A stretch of DNA of 64,000 nt, taken from positions 1,184,001-1,248,000 of the forward strand of contig OY761159.2 in the NCBI GenBank assembly GCA_963664395.2, written 5' to 3'. The translations under genes were made by a program, and so were the position numbers. The notes beneath the pieces are model-generated. The model did not search any database and had not been told where the DNA came from. It saw only the letters and a program-made list of their open reading frames with translations. This document shows positions 19,890 to 29,326 of this stretch, piece by piece. Within the stretch, counting starts at the first letter, position 1. The number at the start of each line of letters is the position of its first letter. The DNA comes from Candidatus Binatia bacterium (lineage in GTDB: Bacteria; Desulfobacterota; Binatia; Bin18).

Positions 19890-20317
19890 GCCTCGTCAAT
19901 CGGTGGTAATACGTCGGGGGTGATCTGATAGCCGTCCGCCAACGCATTGGTGCTGTTGAACAGCGCCACAATGGCCATCACTTCGCCCAGCGTTTCGGTG
20001 TCACAGCCCAGCTTGCGCAGGGCCGCGGTGTGGGAGTTGATACAGTAGGCACAGCCGTTGGTGGCCGAAACGGCCAAAGCGATAATCTCCCGCGTGCGGG
20101 GATCGAGGGGCGATTCCCGGCCACTCGCCTCGGGGTGCATGAGCGCCTTCAGCCGGGTCCAGATCATCTCCAGATTATCCGGATGGCTGGCCAGCACCCG
20201 CCAGAAATTCGGCACTGCCGGAATGCCCTTGGTGGCTTTGATGTCGGCATAAATCTCCGCGACTTTACCGCTGGATTCTTCTTCCGCGACCATGCGCACA
20301 GTTGCAGCCTGTGTCAT
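19886..20317 (-). CDS. Carboxymuconolactone decarboxylase/AhpD family protein
   Basis: REIIALAVSATNGCAYCINSH (CxxC..H). Confidence 0.92.
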   Translation of the reverse strand: MTQAATVRMVAEEESSGKVAEIYADIKATKGIPAVPNFWRVLASHPDNLEMIWTRLKALMHPEASGRESPLDPRTREIIALAVSATNGCAYCINSHTAALRKLGCDTETLGEVMAIVALFNSTNALADGYQITPDVLPPIDEA

Positions 20318-20476
20318 AACACTCCCTCCCTCGCCCCTTCAGATTGCTGCGCTCAGGGTGTCCCAAAAAGAAACAGAAAGAAAGGGCGGAGGATACGCCG
20401 GAGGATTGCCAGAGTACAGCGAGAGAGTTGCGGCCGTGTCAGAAATTCCGTACAGCAGTCTCTAAGGAGGGTACAT

Positions 20477-21439
20477 ATGGCGATTCTGATTACTGGAGGC
20501 ACCGGGTTTTTGGGCCGGCATTTGACACGGCATTTGGTTCAGTCGGGCGAGAGTGTCGTCATTCTCGATACCGTGCCGAATCGGCAGGTTGTCGCTGACG
20601 TGGCCGACCAAGTAAAGGTTTTGCAGGGTGATGTCATGGAAGTGACCGCGCTCATGGACGTGATCCAGCGCAATAAAATTGAAGGGGTTATTCACCTCGC
20701 CTACTATCTGGGGACCGGCGGCATCCGCAATCCGCTGCCGTCGATTAACGTGAACTGTATTGGCACGACACATATCTTTGAGGCCGCCCGGCTGAGCGGC
20801 CTCAAGCGCGTGGTGTATATGAGTTCGGTCGCGGTGTTTCCCGAGCGCACGGCCAACAGCGCCCCGGAGTTGGGCGAAGACGACCCGCCCGCGCCGTCCA
20901 CCAGCAACCAGGCCGGCCTGTACGGCGCGTGTAAGTTATTCAACGAGCATACCGCAGACTATTACAATCACGCCTATGGCATGGACTTTATTGCGATCCG
21001 GCCGACCTCGGTGTTTGGCGAGGGACGCGGCCAACGCCGGGGGGCAGCGGGGGATCATTTTATGGTGGCACCGGAGTTGGCCTTGCTCGGCAAGCCGGTC
21101 GTTATGCCGCCGGACGAGCAGATTGCCGACTGGCTGTACGTGGCCGATGCCGCAGAGGTCTTTCGCCGGGCGTATCACCTCGAAAACCCGCAATCCCGCG
21201 TGTTCAACATGGCCGGCCCCAGCCGCAAGACGGGCGAGATTACGGCCTATCTGCGCGAGCTGCTACCCGCCGCCAATATCTCAGTCAGTGATAAACCCAC
21301 AGCCATGACCTCACTGGTCAAAACCGACCGTCTACGGACCGAACTGGGCTTCACACCCAAGTATACGGTCGAGGACGGCATCCTGGCTTATTTGAACGAC
21401 GTGCGCAAACGCGAAGGAATGCCACTGGAGCCACGGTAG
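20477..21439 (+). CDS. NAD-dependent epimerase/dehydratase (extended SDR)
   Basis: ILITGGTGFLG, HLA, SS.AV, YGACK; RBS AAGGAGG. Confidence 0.92.
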   Translation: MAILITGGTGFLGRHLTRHLVQSGESVVILDTVPNRQVVADVADQVKVLQGDVMEVTALMDVIQRNKIEGVIHLAYYLGTGGIRNPLPSINVNCIGTTHIFEAARLSGLKRVVYMSSVAVFPERTANSAPELGEDDPPAPSTSNQAGLYGACKLFNEHTADYYNHAYGMDFIAIRPTSVFGEGRGQRRGAAGDHFMVAPELALLGKPVVMPPDEQIADWLYVADAAEVFRRAYHLENPQSRVFNMAGPSRKTGEITAYLRELLPAANISVSDKPTAMTSLVKTDRLRTELGFTPKYTVEDGILAYLNDVRKREGMPLEPR

Positions 21440-21509
21440 GACTGAGTTTTTCCCTGGAATCGTGCCATCCGCCGCCATAGCGTTATTGGCTGTCAGGCGT
21501 GTCTTCTGG

Positions 21510-21569
21510 CAGTGGTACCAAGATTACATGCACTGAGTCCTGACTCAGTGCATGTACGGTACCGCACTG
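21510..21569. repeat. Long palindrome with a perfect 15-bp stem
   Basis: TACATGCACTGAGTC-CT-GACTCAGTGCATGTA (21525-21556), with outer CAGTGGTACC...GGTACCGCACTG. Confidence 0.8.
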
Positions 21570-21641
21570 GAGCCCCCTCTATCGCAGCATGGAACGCTCC
21601 TTCCCGAAGATGAACGAGACACGCCGCTTACCTCTTGACGA

Positions 21642-22085
21642 TTAGAATTCCGGTGTCCCCGGCGTGGTAGAGATCTTCGTCACCTTCTCCTCAGCGTCGT
21701 AGGAGACGGTAAGCGTAAAGGTTTCGCCTGTGAACCCTTCAACCGGGGTGCCGATAATCTCCCACGCCCCGAGGGTGAGCACGTCCATGACGGCATGGCC
21801 GACCGCTCGTCCAGTAGACGGCTGGTTCCCGCGTTGCAGATGAAACTCGTCTGTCCGTCCATCTGCGACTGCAAACGTTTTCGTCGGCTGCCCAAGATGC
21901 AGCAGGACTTCATCTCGTGGCTGTCCGATGCGCAACGCCCCTGTGTTGGGATCAGGCTTACCAGACATAGCCATGCCGACCGAACACGAGGGCAGGAACA
22001 GCAGCAGGACACCGCCCACCACAAGCACGACTAACGCCCCGCTATGGTATCTTAAAGCATAAAGGTACCTTGTCCAGTCGGGCAT
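21642..22085 (-). CDS. Hypothetical lipoprotein
   Basis: Hydrophobic stretch plus lipobox LPS/C; conserved-looking GRAVGHAVMDVLTLGAWEIIGTPVE; RBS AGGAGAGG. Confidence 0.75.
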   Translation of the reverse strand: MPDWTRYLYALRYHSGALVVLVVGGVLLLFLPSCSVGMAMSGKPDPNTGALRIGQPRDEVLLHLGQPTKTFAVADGRTDEFHLQRGNQPSTGRAVGHAVMDVLTLGAWEIIGTPVEGFTGETFTLTVSYDAEEKVTKISTTPGTPEF

Positions 22086-22471
22086 ATCCCTCTCCTGTGT
22101 CTGATACTGAGTACCCGGCAGTTGCCGGGCCGTGTTCACGTCATAACAGCGAATGGAGTAAAGCCCTGCCTGTTTCACCCCGACGCGGTTAGCTACTCCC
22201 GAGTCATACAGTGCTTGTTGTATTGAGCAGGCGACCCGACTCAGCGGGTTCACTGCGAGACGTGAGCGGGCATAATGCGAGAAATCGTATTGATTGTCAA
22301 AACCGGTCGGCCTGCGTTCCGTAATCCAAAGTGAGGCACTCCCGTTTGGTGCTTTTACTGGACCCGCCAGAAGTACGGCTACAAATTGGACAATATCGTT
22401 ACTCTGGCTTATTCTGATTCGCAGTATCGGAAAACGGTCTAGAGATTTTTTCAGAGGATACGTGAAGTGCT

Positions 22472-23710
22472 ATGACCTCCGGCCACCGGCAATACCCCCC
22501 GGCGCGTATTGAGTCCCTGAAAGTGCAGAATTTCCGAGCGCTACGGGAAGTCGAGTTTAAGAACATCACGCCCATGACCGTGCTGCTTGGCCCCAATGGC
22601 AGCGGCAAGTCTACGGTTTTTGACGTATTCGCGTTTCTGGCCGAGTGCTTTGAGTTGGGGCTGCGCCGGGCTTGGGATAAGCGCGGGCGGGCCAGGGAAC
22701 TCAAGACGCGCGGCGCACAGGGACCGGTAACCATCGAGATCAAGTATCGTGAGCCCGGCTACCCGCTCATCACCTATCATCTGGCCGTTGATGAACGCGA
22801 CCGCGCGCCGGTGGTCGTGGAAGAGTGGCTGCGCTGGAAGCGGGGGAGTCGTGGGCAACCGTTTCGTTTCCTGGAATACGCACGCGGCCAAGGCCGAGCG
22901 GTTAGTGGCGAGATGCCGGACAAACAAGACAGGAGGGTAGATATTTCGCTCAAATCCCCTGACTTGCTGGCAGTCAACGCGCTTGGACAGTTCGCCGCGC
23001 ACCCGCGAGTAGCCGCGCTACGGGATTTTATCACCGGCTGGCATGTGTCCTATCTGTCGGCCGACAGCGCACGCGGGCAACCCGAGGCGGGCCCCCAGGA
23101 ACGGCTGAGCAAAACGGGCGACAATCTCGCCAACGTCATTCAATACCTGGCCGAACAGCATCCGGAACGCCTGGAGAGCATCTTCAGCGTCCTGCGCCGG
23201 CGGGTGCCGCGTATTGAGCGCGTGCTGACCGAGACTATGCCCGACGGGCGCTTGCTGTTGCAGATCAAGGACGCCCCCTTCAACAATCCGGTGCTGGCCC
23301 GTTTCGCTTCCGACGGCACCCTGAAGATGCTGGCCTATCTGGTTCTGCTATACGACCCCGAACCGCCGCCCTTTATTGGCATCGAAGAACCGGAGAACTT
23401 CCTGCACCCACGGTTGCTGTCCGAACTAGCCGAGGAATGCCGCGCGGCCAGTGAGCGCACGCAGTTGCTCGTGACTACCCATTCGCCATTTTTCCTGAAC
23501 GCTTTGCAGCCCAAAGAAGCGCGGGTCCTGTGGCGTGATGAGCAGGGCTATACACAGTCGCAACACGTGCCGGATTTACCTACGGTACGTGACTTCCTGG
23601 AGCACGGCGGGCTGCTGGGGAACTTGTGGATGGAGGGATATTTCGGCGTGGGTGATCCGCTGGTCAATCAAGGTGCGCCGACCGCTCCTCCACGAGGACC
23701 CGAGCGGTGA
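22472..23710 (+). CDS. ABC/AAA_21-type ATPase (module 1)
   Basis: LKVQNFR, Walker A GPNGSGKS, signature ASDGT, Walker B IGIEEPE, TTHSP. Confidence 0.92.
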   Translation: MTSGHRQYPPARIESLKVQNFRALREVEFKNITPMTVLLGPNGSGKSTVFDVFAFLAECFELGLRRAWDKRGRARELKTRGAQGPVTIEIKYREPGYPLITYHLAVDERDRAPVVVEEWLRWKRGSRGQPFRFLEYARGQGRAVSGEMPDKQDRRVDISLKSPDLLAVNALGQFAAHPRVAALRDFITGWHVSYLSADSARGQPEAGPQERLSKTGDNLANVIQYLAEQHPERLESIFSVLRRRVPRIERVLTETMPDGRLLLQIKDAPFNNPVLARFASDGTLKMLAYLVLLYDPEPPPFIGIEEPENFLHPRLLSELAEECRAASERTQLLVTTHSPFFLNALQPKEARVLWRDEQGYTQSQHVPDLPTVRDFLEHGGLLGNLWMEGYFGVGDPLVNQGAPTAPPRGPER

Positions 23711-24333
23711 TTGCCAGACACTTGGAATTGCTCGTTGAAGAGCCCTCAATGGAAGTGTTTCTGCGAGAACTCCTGCCGCGCATTTTGTCCGCAGACTGTG
23801 ATTTCGAGATTCATCCGTTTCAGGGAAAACTCGACCTGCTAGGCAATTTAGGAAATCGTTTGAGGGGCTACGCGCAGTGGTTGCCCGACGACTGGCGCAT
23901 CCTTGTGATAGTGGACCGCGATGACGATGACTGCCGGCAACTCAAGCAGCGGCTAGAAGATGTAGCGTCAGGAGCGAATCTACGCACGAGATCGCAAGCG
24001 GGAGGGCGGCCTTGGCAATTGGTCAATCGCGTTGTCATTGAAGAGTTGGAGGCGTGGTATTTCGGTGACTGGGAGGCTGTGCGTAGCGCCTATCCAAGAG
24101 TATCGCCGACCGTTCCGAATCAAAGCCGTTATCGCAATCCTGACTCAGTCCAGGGTGGAACCTGGGAGGCGTTCGAGCGAATACTGAAAGGGCGTGGGTA
24201 TTTCAGGACAGGATTACGCAAGATGGAAGCAGCGCGGACCGTTGCCGCCTATATTGACCCGGCGCGGAACCGTTCGCACAGCTTTACAAAATTCCGCGAC
24301 GCTCTCGTCGAGGCGACATCTTGTCAGCAGTGA
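23707..24333 (+). CDS. DUF4276 family, TOPRIM-like protein (module 1)
   Basis: [37 protein letters not shown]; GTGA overlap with the ATPase. Confidence 0.85.
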   Translation: MIARHLELLVEEPSMEVFLRELLPRILSADCDFEIHPFQGKLDLLGNLGNRLRGYAQWLPDDWRILVIVDRDDDDCRQLKQRLEDVASGANLRTRSQAGGRPWQLVNRVVIEELEAWYFGDWEAVRSAYPRVSPTVPNQSRYRNPDSVQGGTWEAFERILKGRGYFRTGLRKMEAARTVAAYIDPARNRSHSFTKFRDALVEATSCQQ

Positions 24334-24374
24334 AACCTGCTCGATAGACGGTGTAACGATTTGAGAGGGAAAGT

Positions 24375-25439
24375 ATGGACTTCGGAGTTGGCTTTCAGTC
24401 GCATATTCACAACGGATGGAAACACGCCCTGCTGGCCGAGCAGATGGGGTTTACGCATGCCTGGTTTGTGGACTCGCAGTTGATCACCTCGGATGTGTAT
24501 GCCTGCATGACCCTGGCCGCCGCGCATACAACAACAATTCGACTCGGAACCGGCGTCACCATTGTGGGGACGCGGATTCCACCCGTCATTGCGCATTCTA
24601 TTGCCACCATCAATCAGCTTGCGCCCGGTCGGGTGATTCTCGGTCTGGGCACCGGTCATACGGCCTGGCGGACCATGGGCATGCCACCGGTTTCGCTCGC
24701 AGAGTTCCGGCATGCGGTCGAGGTTTGCCAGGGTCTGCTCCGGGGTGAGACTGTCCCCTATCACGAGCGCGGCCGGCAGGGCCGGATTCGGTTCATGGAT
24801 GTCGAACACGGCTATATCAACGTGCATGAGCGCATCCCCATCTATCTGGCGGCCTCGCATCCCAAGGCTCAGGCGCTGGCCGGTGAGCTGGGCGACGGCC
24901 TGTTGACCCTGAGCCTGCTCTCGCCCGAGTCGCTCAGCCGTAATCTGGCGTCGGTCGCAAGGGGCTGGGAGAGCCGGGCCGGCGGGAAACCGGCCGACTT
25001 CGGTGTGGTCACGCTCGGCATCTCCTGCGTGTTGCAACCCGGCGAGGCCGTGAATAGTCCGCGTGTGTTGTCGCGGGTCGGCCCGCGCATTGCGGTGTCC
25101 CTGCACTATGCCTATGAAGTCGCCAAACAGGGCAAAGCGGTGCCGCCTTTTTTACAGCCCTTTCTGACTCCGGACTACCAGCGCTACCTGGACGACCGCT
25201 GGGAAGACATTCATGCCACGCATTCACGCTTTCTGCATCCGGGCGAAGAAAAATTCATCACCCCCGAGACCATTCGGGCCATGAGCCTGACCGGCTCGCG
25301 CGATGAAATTCTCGAACGCCTGGTTCAGCTTGAAGCCGCCGGACTCACCCAGATGGTTGTCTCACCCCCGTGGGGCCTGGTGGAGGAAAGCATCGTGGAG
25401 TTCGCCCGAGAGATTATCGGACCGTATAGAAACCGATAA
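24375..25439 (+). CDS. LLM-class flavin-dependent oxidoreductase
   Basis: AEQMGF..AW..DS, T..IRLGTGV, APGRVILGLGTG, IPIYLAAS.PK...LAGE..DG. Confidence 0.92.
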   Translation: MDFGVGFQSHIHNGWKHALLAEQMGFTHAWFVDSQLITSDVYACMTLAAAHTTTIRLGTGVTIVGTRIPPVIAHSIATINQLAPGRVILGLGTGHTAWRTMGMPPVSLAEFRHAVEVCQGLLRGETVPYHERGRQGRIRFMDVEHGYINVHERIPIYLAASHPKAQALAGELGDGLLTLSLLSPESLSRNLASVARGWESRAGGKPADFGVVTLGISCVLQPGEAVNSPRVLSRVGPRIAVSLHYAYEVAKQGKAVPPFLQPFLTPDYQRYLDDRWEDIHATHSRFLHPGEEKFITPETIRAMSLTGSRDEILERLVQLEAAGLTQMVVSPPWGLVEESIVEFAREIIGPYRNR

Positions 25440-25529
25440 CCGAGCGGACATCACTTGATTTCGCCGAGGGGTTTGGAATCAGGGGCTGAAACCGCTAGGC
25501 TGAGAGCCACTCTCTCGGAAGGACAAAAT

Positions 25530-26378
25530 ATGGATACGACGCAGGGCGAAGCAGTACGCTATGAACAGGTCGGACATATAGGTTGGCTGCGGCTCAACCG
25601 GGCGGACAAGCTGAACGCCATGACGCCCCAGATGTGGCAGGAGTTACGGGAACTCGGCCATACCCTGTCTACCGAAGCGCACGCGCGCGAAAACCAGTTA
25701 CGGGTGCTGGTCGTGATTGGCGAAGGCCGCGCGTTCTCGACCGGCATCGATACTGCGGCCTTTGGCGGCACGGCCTTTGGCGGACACGAACGCGAGCCCG
25801 TGCCCGAGGTGGTGGCCGACGATGATCCCATGGTGACCATTATCCAGGGCTTTCAGGAGGCATTCACCTGGCTTGAAGAAGCTCCCTATCCGACCATTGC
25901 CGCGGTCCGAGGCTATGCTTTAGGCGCGGGCATGCAGATGGCGCTGGCCTGCGATATCCGGGTGGTCGCCCGCGGCAGCCGGCTGGGCTTGCTGGAGCAT
26001 CGCTACGGCCTCATCCCCGACCTGGGCGGCACCCAACGCCTGCCCCGGCTGGTCGGCAGCGGCAAGGCCAAGGAACTCATCTTCACCGCCCAGCAGATTG
26101 AGGCGGAAGAGGCATATCGGATCGGTCTGGCCGAACAGCTCGTTGACGACGAGGCATTGGAGGCGACCGTGACGAGCCTGGCGGAACAACTGGCCAGCCA
26201 GCCGCCGCTGGCCGTGCGCGCTGCCAAGCGGGCGATTGATGCCAGTCAACATCTTTCAGTCCGTGACGGATTACTGCTGGAAGCCAAGAGCCAGGCCGTC
26301 TGCATTCGCTCCCAGGATGCCAAAGAAGCGGTTCGAGCGTTTATGGAAAAACGGATGCCCCAGTACTCAGGACAGTAA
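25530..26378 (+). CDS. Enoyl-CoA hydratase/isomerase
   Basis: LNR.DKLNA, GRAFSTGID, G.ALGAG...ALACDIR, PDLGGTQRL.RLVG. Confidence 0.92.
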   Translation: MDTTQGEAVRYEQVGHIGWLRLNRADKLNAMTPQMWQELRELGHTLSTEAHARENQLRVLVVIGEGRAFSTGIDTAAFGGTAFGGHEREPVPEVVADDDPMVTIIQGFQEAFTWLEEAPYPTIAAVRGYALGAGMQMALACDIRVVARGSRLGLLEHRYGLIPDLGGTQRLPRLVGSGKAKELIFTAQQIEAEEAYRIGLAEQLVDDEALEATVTSLAEQLASQPPLAVRAAKRAIDASQHLSVRDGLLLEAKSQAVCIRSQDAKEAVRAFMEKRMPQYSGQ

Positions 26379-26410
26379 TCGTACTCTGGACAGGAAAAGG
26401 AGGCGGGACA

Positions 26411-27232
26411 ATGACAGACCACGGCTATGCCCGACCGGATATGCTGGCAGAGACCCAATGGCTCGCGGCGCATCTCCAGGACGATAACCTGCGAATCGTC
26501 GATTGTGATAATCGTGAAGCCTACCGTCGCGCCCATATTCCGGGCGCGATTCCCGTGCGCGGCCATCACTATCTCAAGGAGAAAGAAGGCGCAGCGCATA
26601 TCATGGGTCCGGACCAGTTTGCGCAGACCATGGGTGAGATGGGCATTGGGGATGACACGCTGGTGATTGCCTATGATGGCTTCAGCGGTCTGTACGCTAC
26701 CCGCTTCTGGTGGGCGCTGCACTATTACGGCCACACCAATGCCAGAGTGTTGAACGGCGGCTGGGAGGCCTGGCTGGCCGAGGGGCGGTCCGTGACAAAC
26801 GCCTCGTCCCGTCCGGCCAAGGCGAGCTTTACGCCCCAGGCCAATGAGGACCTGATCGCCCGCTGGGAACAGGTCCAGGCGGCCATTGCCTCTGATAGCG
26901 TGATTCTCGATGTGCGCTCGGATGCGGAGTGGAGCGGCGAAAATGCCCGTGGCACCAAGCGTGGCGGGCGGATTCCCGGCGCGGTCCATCTCGAATGGCT
27001 CAACTATATTGACCCCAAGACAAAGAAGTTCAAACCCGCGGACGAACTCCGCCCCCTGTTTGAGCAGGTCGGGGTCAGACCCGAGTGTGAGGTCGTCACC
27101 TATTGACAGGGCGGCATCCGTGCGGCGCACGGATTGTTCACCCTGCGGCTGCTCGGTTTTGACAAGGTGCGCAATTACGATGCCTCCTGGGCCGAATGGG
27201 GCAATCGCGAGGATCTCCCACTGGAGAAGTAG
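26411..27232 (+). CDS. Tandem-domain rhodanese/sulfurtransferase, putative selenoprotein (Sec at TGA 27104-27106)
   Basis: [26 protein letters not shown]; reading through TGA gives [13 protein letters not shown]...[20 protein letters not shown], the canonical rhodanese active-site loop and C-terminal signature. Confidence 0.9.
27107..27145 (+). promoter_or_regulatory. Bacterial SECIS-like stem-loop
   Basis: CAGGG-CGGC-ATCCGTGC-GGC-GCACGGAT-TGTTCA-CCCTG immediately 3' of the UGA: 8-bp perfect upper stem with a G-containing loop and a 5-bp lower stem. Confidence 0.8.
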
Positions 27233-27251
27233 GCACGCTGCGTGTCTTCAT

Positions 27252-28145
27252 ATGACTGGATACAGACAACCGCTGTGGCTCCTGGCTGTTCTCCTCATCT
27301 GCTTTTTTCTCTCCAGCCAGGTTTGTAGCGCTCAGCCTGCGGCTGAGTCCGAACCACACGGCAGCCTGCTCATACGGACTCCGGGAGAGCAAGACCACCA
27401 AGACCGGTCGGGGGAGGTCTCGGCCACAGTTTATAGCCTCGAACCCGAGACGCTCGTTGCTCGGGCGACCTTGGGCACACCCGTCTCTCTGCCACCTGGG
27501 TCCTACCGGGTTGAACTCGATGTTCTCGGCGGAACGGTTTCACGCGAGCGTGTCCTGGTACGAGCCGGCCGGACAAGTACGGTCATTCTCAGCGAAGTCG
27601 CGGTCCTCCAGGTCAACGTGCTGGACAAAAAGGGGCAGGATATCGGCTTGGGCGTTGAGGTCTACGACGGTGTTTCAAACGAGCTGCTCGGAGAATTCCT
27701 GAGCGGAGAACGCATCCTGGCTCAACCCGGTCTGGTTGATGTCAAGGTCGCCGTCCCACCCCAGAGCCAGTGGTGGCGCGCTGTTGAGCTTCTGCGCGGC
27801 GGACTACGGGAACTGACGCTGCGCGAGCGCGTTCGGGGCGAACTCCGGGTTCATCCCAGGCTGGCCGGAAAAGATGTGAGTCCGCTGACCCACGTCATTA
27901 TTTACGCAGCCGGGACGCAAAAAGAGATTGCCCGTAGCGAGCCTGGTCAGAAACATCGCTTTTCCCTGGAGACCGGCAGCTACGATGTGTTTGTGGCCAA
28001 CCCGACCGGACGCGGGAAGCCGTTCGTGCTGGAACGCGCGGAGGTCCCGGATGAAACCCCGGTCGAAAAAGACGTTCATCTGGACCAACTGAATGGACCG
28101 TCCGACCAGCCCCCGCCACCCTCTTCGGAAACGCACGCCCTCTAA
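27252..28145 (+). CDS. Hypothetical secreted protein with repeated PEGA/carboxypeptidase-regulatory-like beta domains
   Basis: Signal peptide (..VCSA/Q); recurring L.PG.Y.V motifs (LPPGSYRV, AQPGLVDV, LETGSYDV). Confidence 0.7.
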   Translation: MTGYRQPLWLLAVLLICFFLSSQVCSAQPAAESEPHGSLLIRTPGEQDHQDRSGEVSATVYSLEPETLVARATLGTPVSLPPGSYRVELDVLGGTVSRERVLVRAGRTSTVILSEVAVLQVNVLDKKGQDIGLGVEVYDGVSNELLGEFLSGERILAQPGLVDVKVAVPPQSQWWRAVELLRGGLRELTLRERVRGELRVHPRLAGKDVSPLTHVIIYAAGTQKEIARSEPGQKHRFSLETGSYDVFVANPTGRGKPFVLERAEVPDETPVEKDVHLDQLNGPSDQPPPPSSETHAL

Positions 28146-28219
28146 GGCAGGCGGGCCGGGGTGTTCCCCCTACCCTCAGTTTTTGAATCTCGCCTGCAAG
28201 CGGGACATACCACCTTCCC

Positions 28220-28441
28220 TTACCAAGCGAAGAGTGGAATGGCCGCGGCGAGCAGCAGCACGCTGATACCAATCGCAATAGCACCCCAGAACGTCGGAGG
28301 GCGCCGGACTTCCAAAACGGTCCCGCAGTGTACACACTCGGACAGGAAGGAGCCACCGGTCACATAGACCCGGTTCCATTTATGACACGCGGGACAACGA
28401 GGGGTGGGACGCCCGCGAAAAAGTGTAGCAAACTGAGACAC
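28220..28441 (-). CDS. Small zinc-ribbon membrane protein
   Basis: CPAC..16 aa..CVHC followed by a C-terminal TM helix; GTG 28441 after AAGGAAAGG. Confidence 0.6.
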   Translation of the reverse strand: MSQFATLFRGRPTPRCPACHKWNRVYVTGGSFLSECVHCGTVLEVRRPPTFWGAIAIGISVLLLAAAIPLFAW

Positions 28442-28507
28442 GGTTTTCCTTTCCTTTTCTCTCACCCTAACGGTGAGACAGAGTTCGCGTCAACCCGGCT
28501 GTCTTTC

Positions 28508-29326
28508 CTAGTGGCGATTCTCGCTATGGTGTCGGGCAGTTAATCGAGGCGTCACCAAATCCAAAAGCTGCGCGTGGAGCTTGCCGTTGCTGGCAACCAC
28601 GCCTTGTAAGAGTGTCGTTGGCTGATTGAAGCGGACCGGCTTCCCGCTGAGGGTGGTGACTCTTCCTCCTGCTTCCTCCACGAGGAGCGTACCAGCGCAA
28701 ATATCCCACTCATTCTTGGGCACCAGCGTAAACGACGCGTCTGCCTCACCGTTCGCAATACAGGCCAGCTTGTAGGCAATACTGCCCATGGGGCGTGCCT
28801 GGAAAAGAGAGGCGAAGTCTTTCCACTCCCCCCGTTTGGTCTCCGAGCGACTTGAGAGAATGGTTGCATCAGCCAGGTACTGCGTTTCGGGAACATGTAA
28901 TTGGCGGGCCTCACACCACGTGCCTTGTCCACGCGCAGCCCAGAAGAGCTGGTCCAGAGTTGGATTATAGACGACGCCGAGAATCGGCCAGCCCTCTTCA
29001 ATGAGTCCGATGGAGACGGCGAATTCCGGTATTTTTTGAATGAATTCCTGGGTCCCATCCATAGGATCAACAACCCACACGCGGTGAGCGGTGAGCCGCC
29101 GGGACGAATCGACCGTCTCTTCAGACAGCCAGCCATAGTCAGGAAAAGCCGCGTGGAGCATGGCGTGGATCTTTCGGTTGGCCTCCCGGTCCGCAACCGT
29201 TACCGGGCTGCTATCACCACTTTTGTACTCAACCGTGTAGTTGGTCTCATAGATATTGCGGATAATGTCTCCTGCGGCATGTGCCGCCGCAATGGCGATG
29301 TCTTTCTCTTTTTTCATATGTGTCAC
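28508..29326 (-). CDS. cysQ: 3'(2'),5'-bisphosphate nucleotidase CysQ / inositol monophosphatase family
   Basis: SPVTVAD, WLSEE, WVVDPMDGT.EF, EWDICAG...VEEAGG; GTG 29326 or ATG 29317. Confidence 0.85.
   Translation of the reverse strand: MTHMKKEKDIAIAAAHAAGDIIRNIYETNYTVEYKSGDSSPVTVADREANRKIHAMLHAAFPDYGWLSEETVDSSRRLTAHRVWVVDPMDGTQEFIQKIPEFAVSIGLIEEGWPILGVVYNPTLDQLFWAARGQGTWCEARQLHVPETQYLADATILSSRSETKRGEWKDFASLFQARPMGSIAYKLACIANGEADASFTLVPKNEWDICAGTLLVEEAGGRVTTLSGKPVRFNQPTTLLQGVVASNGKLHAQLLDLVTPRLTARHHSENRH

Noticed and set aside
18942-19928. Long antisense or alternate-frame ORFs (e.g. 18942..19928, 10180..11085, 26246..27130, 55379..56275)
   Set aside because: They are shadow ORFs of well-supported genes, expected in high-GC DNA, with no motifs.
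26411-27106. Rhodanese as a nonsense-truncated pseudogene (ORF-track version)
   Set aside because: The stop is TGA exactly at the catalytic Cys column, with an intact downstream frame and a SECIS-like hairpin; Sec recoding explains it better.
26910-27251. N-terminal 114 aa of the 411-aa ORF 26910..28145
   Set aside because: It overlaps the rhodanese in another frame; the real protein likely starts at ATG 27252 with a signal peptide.
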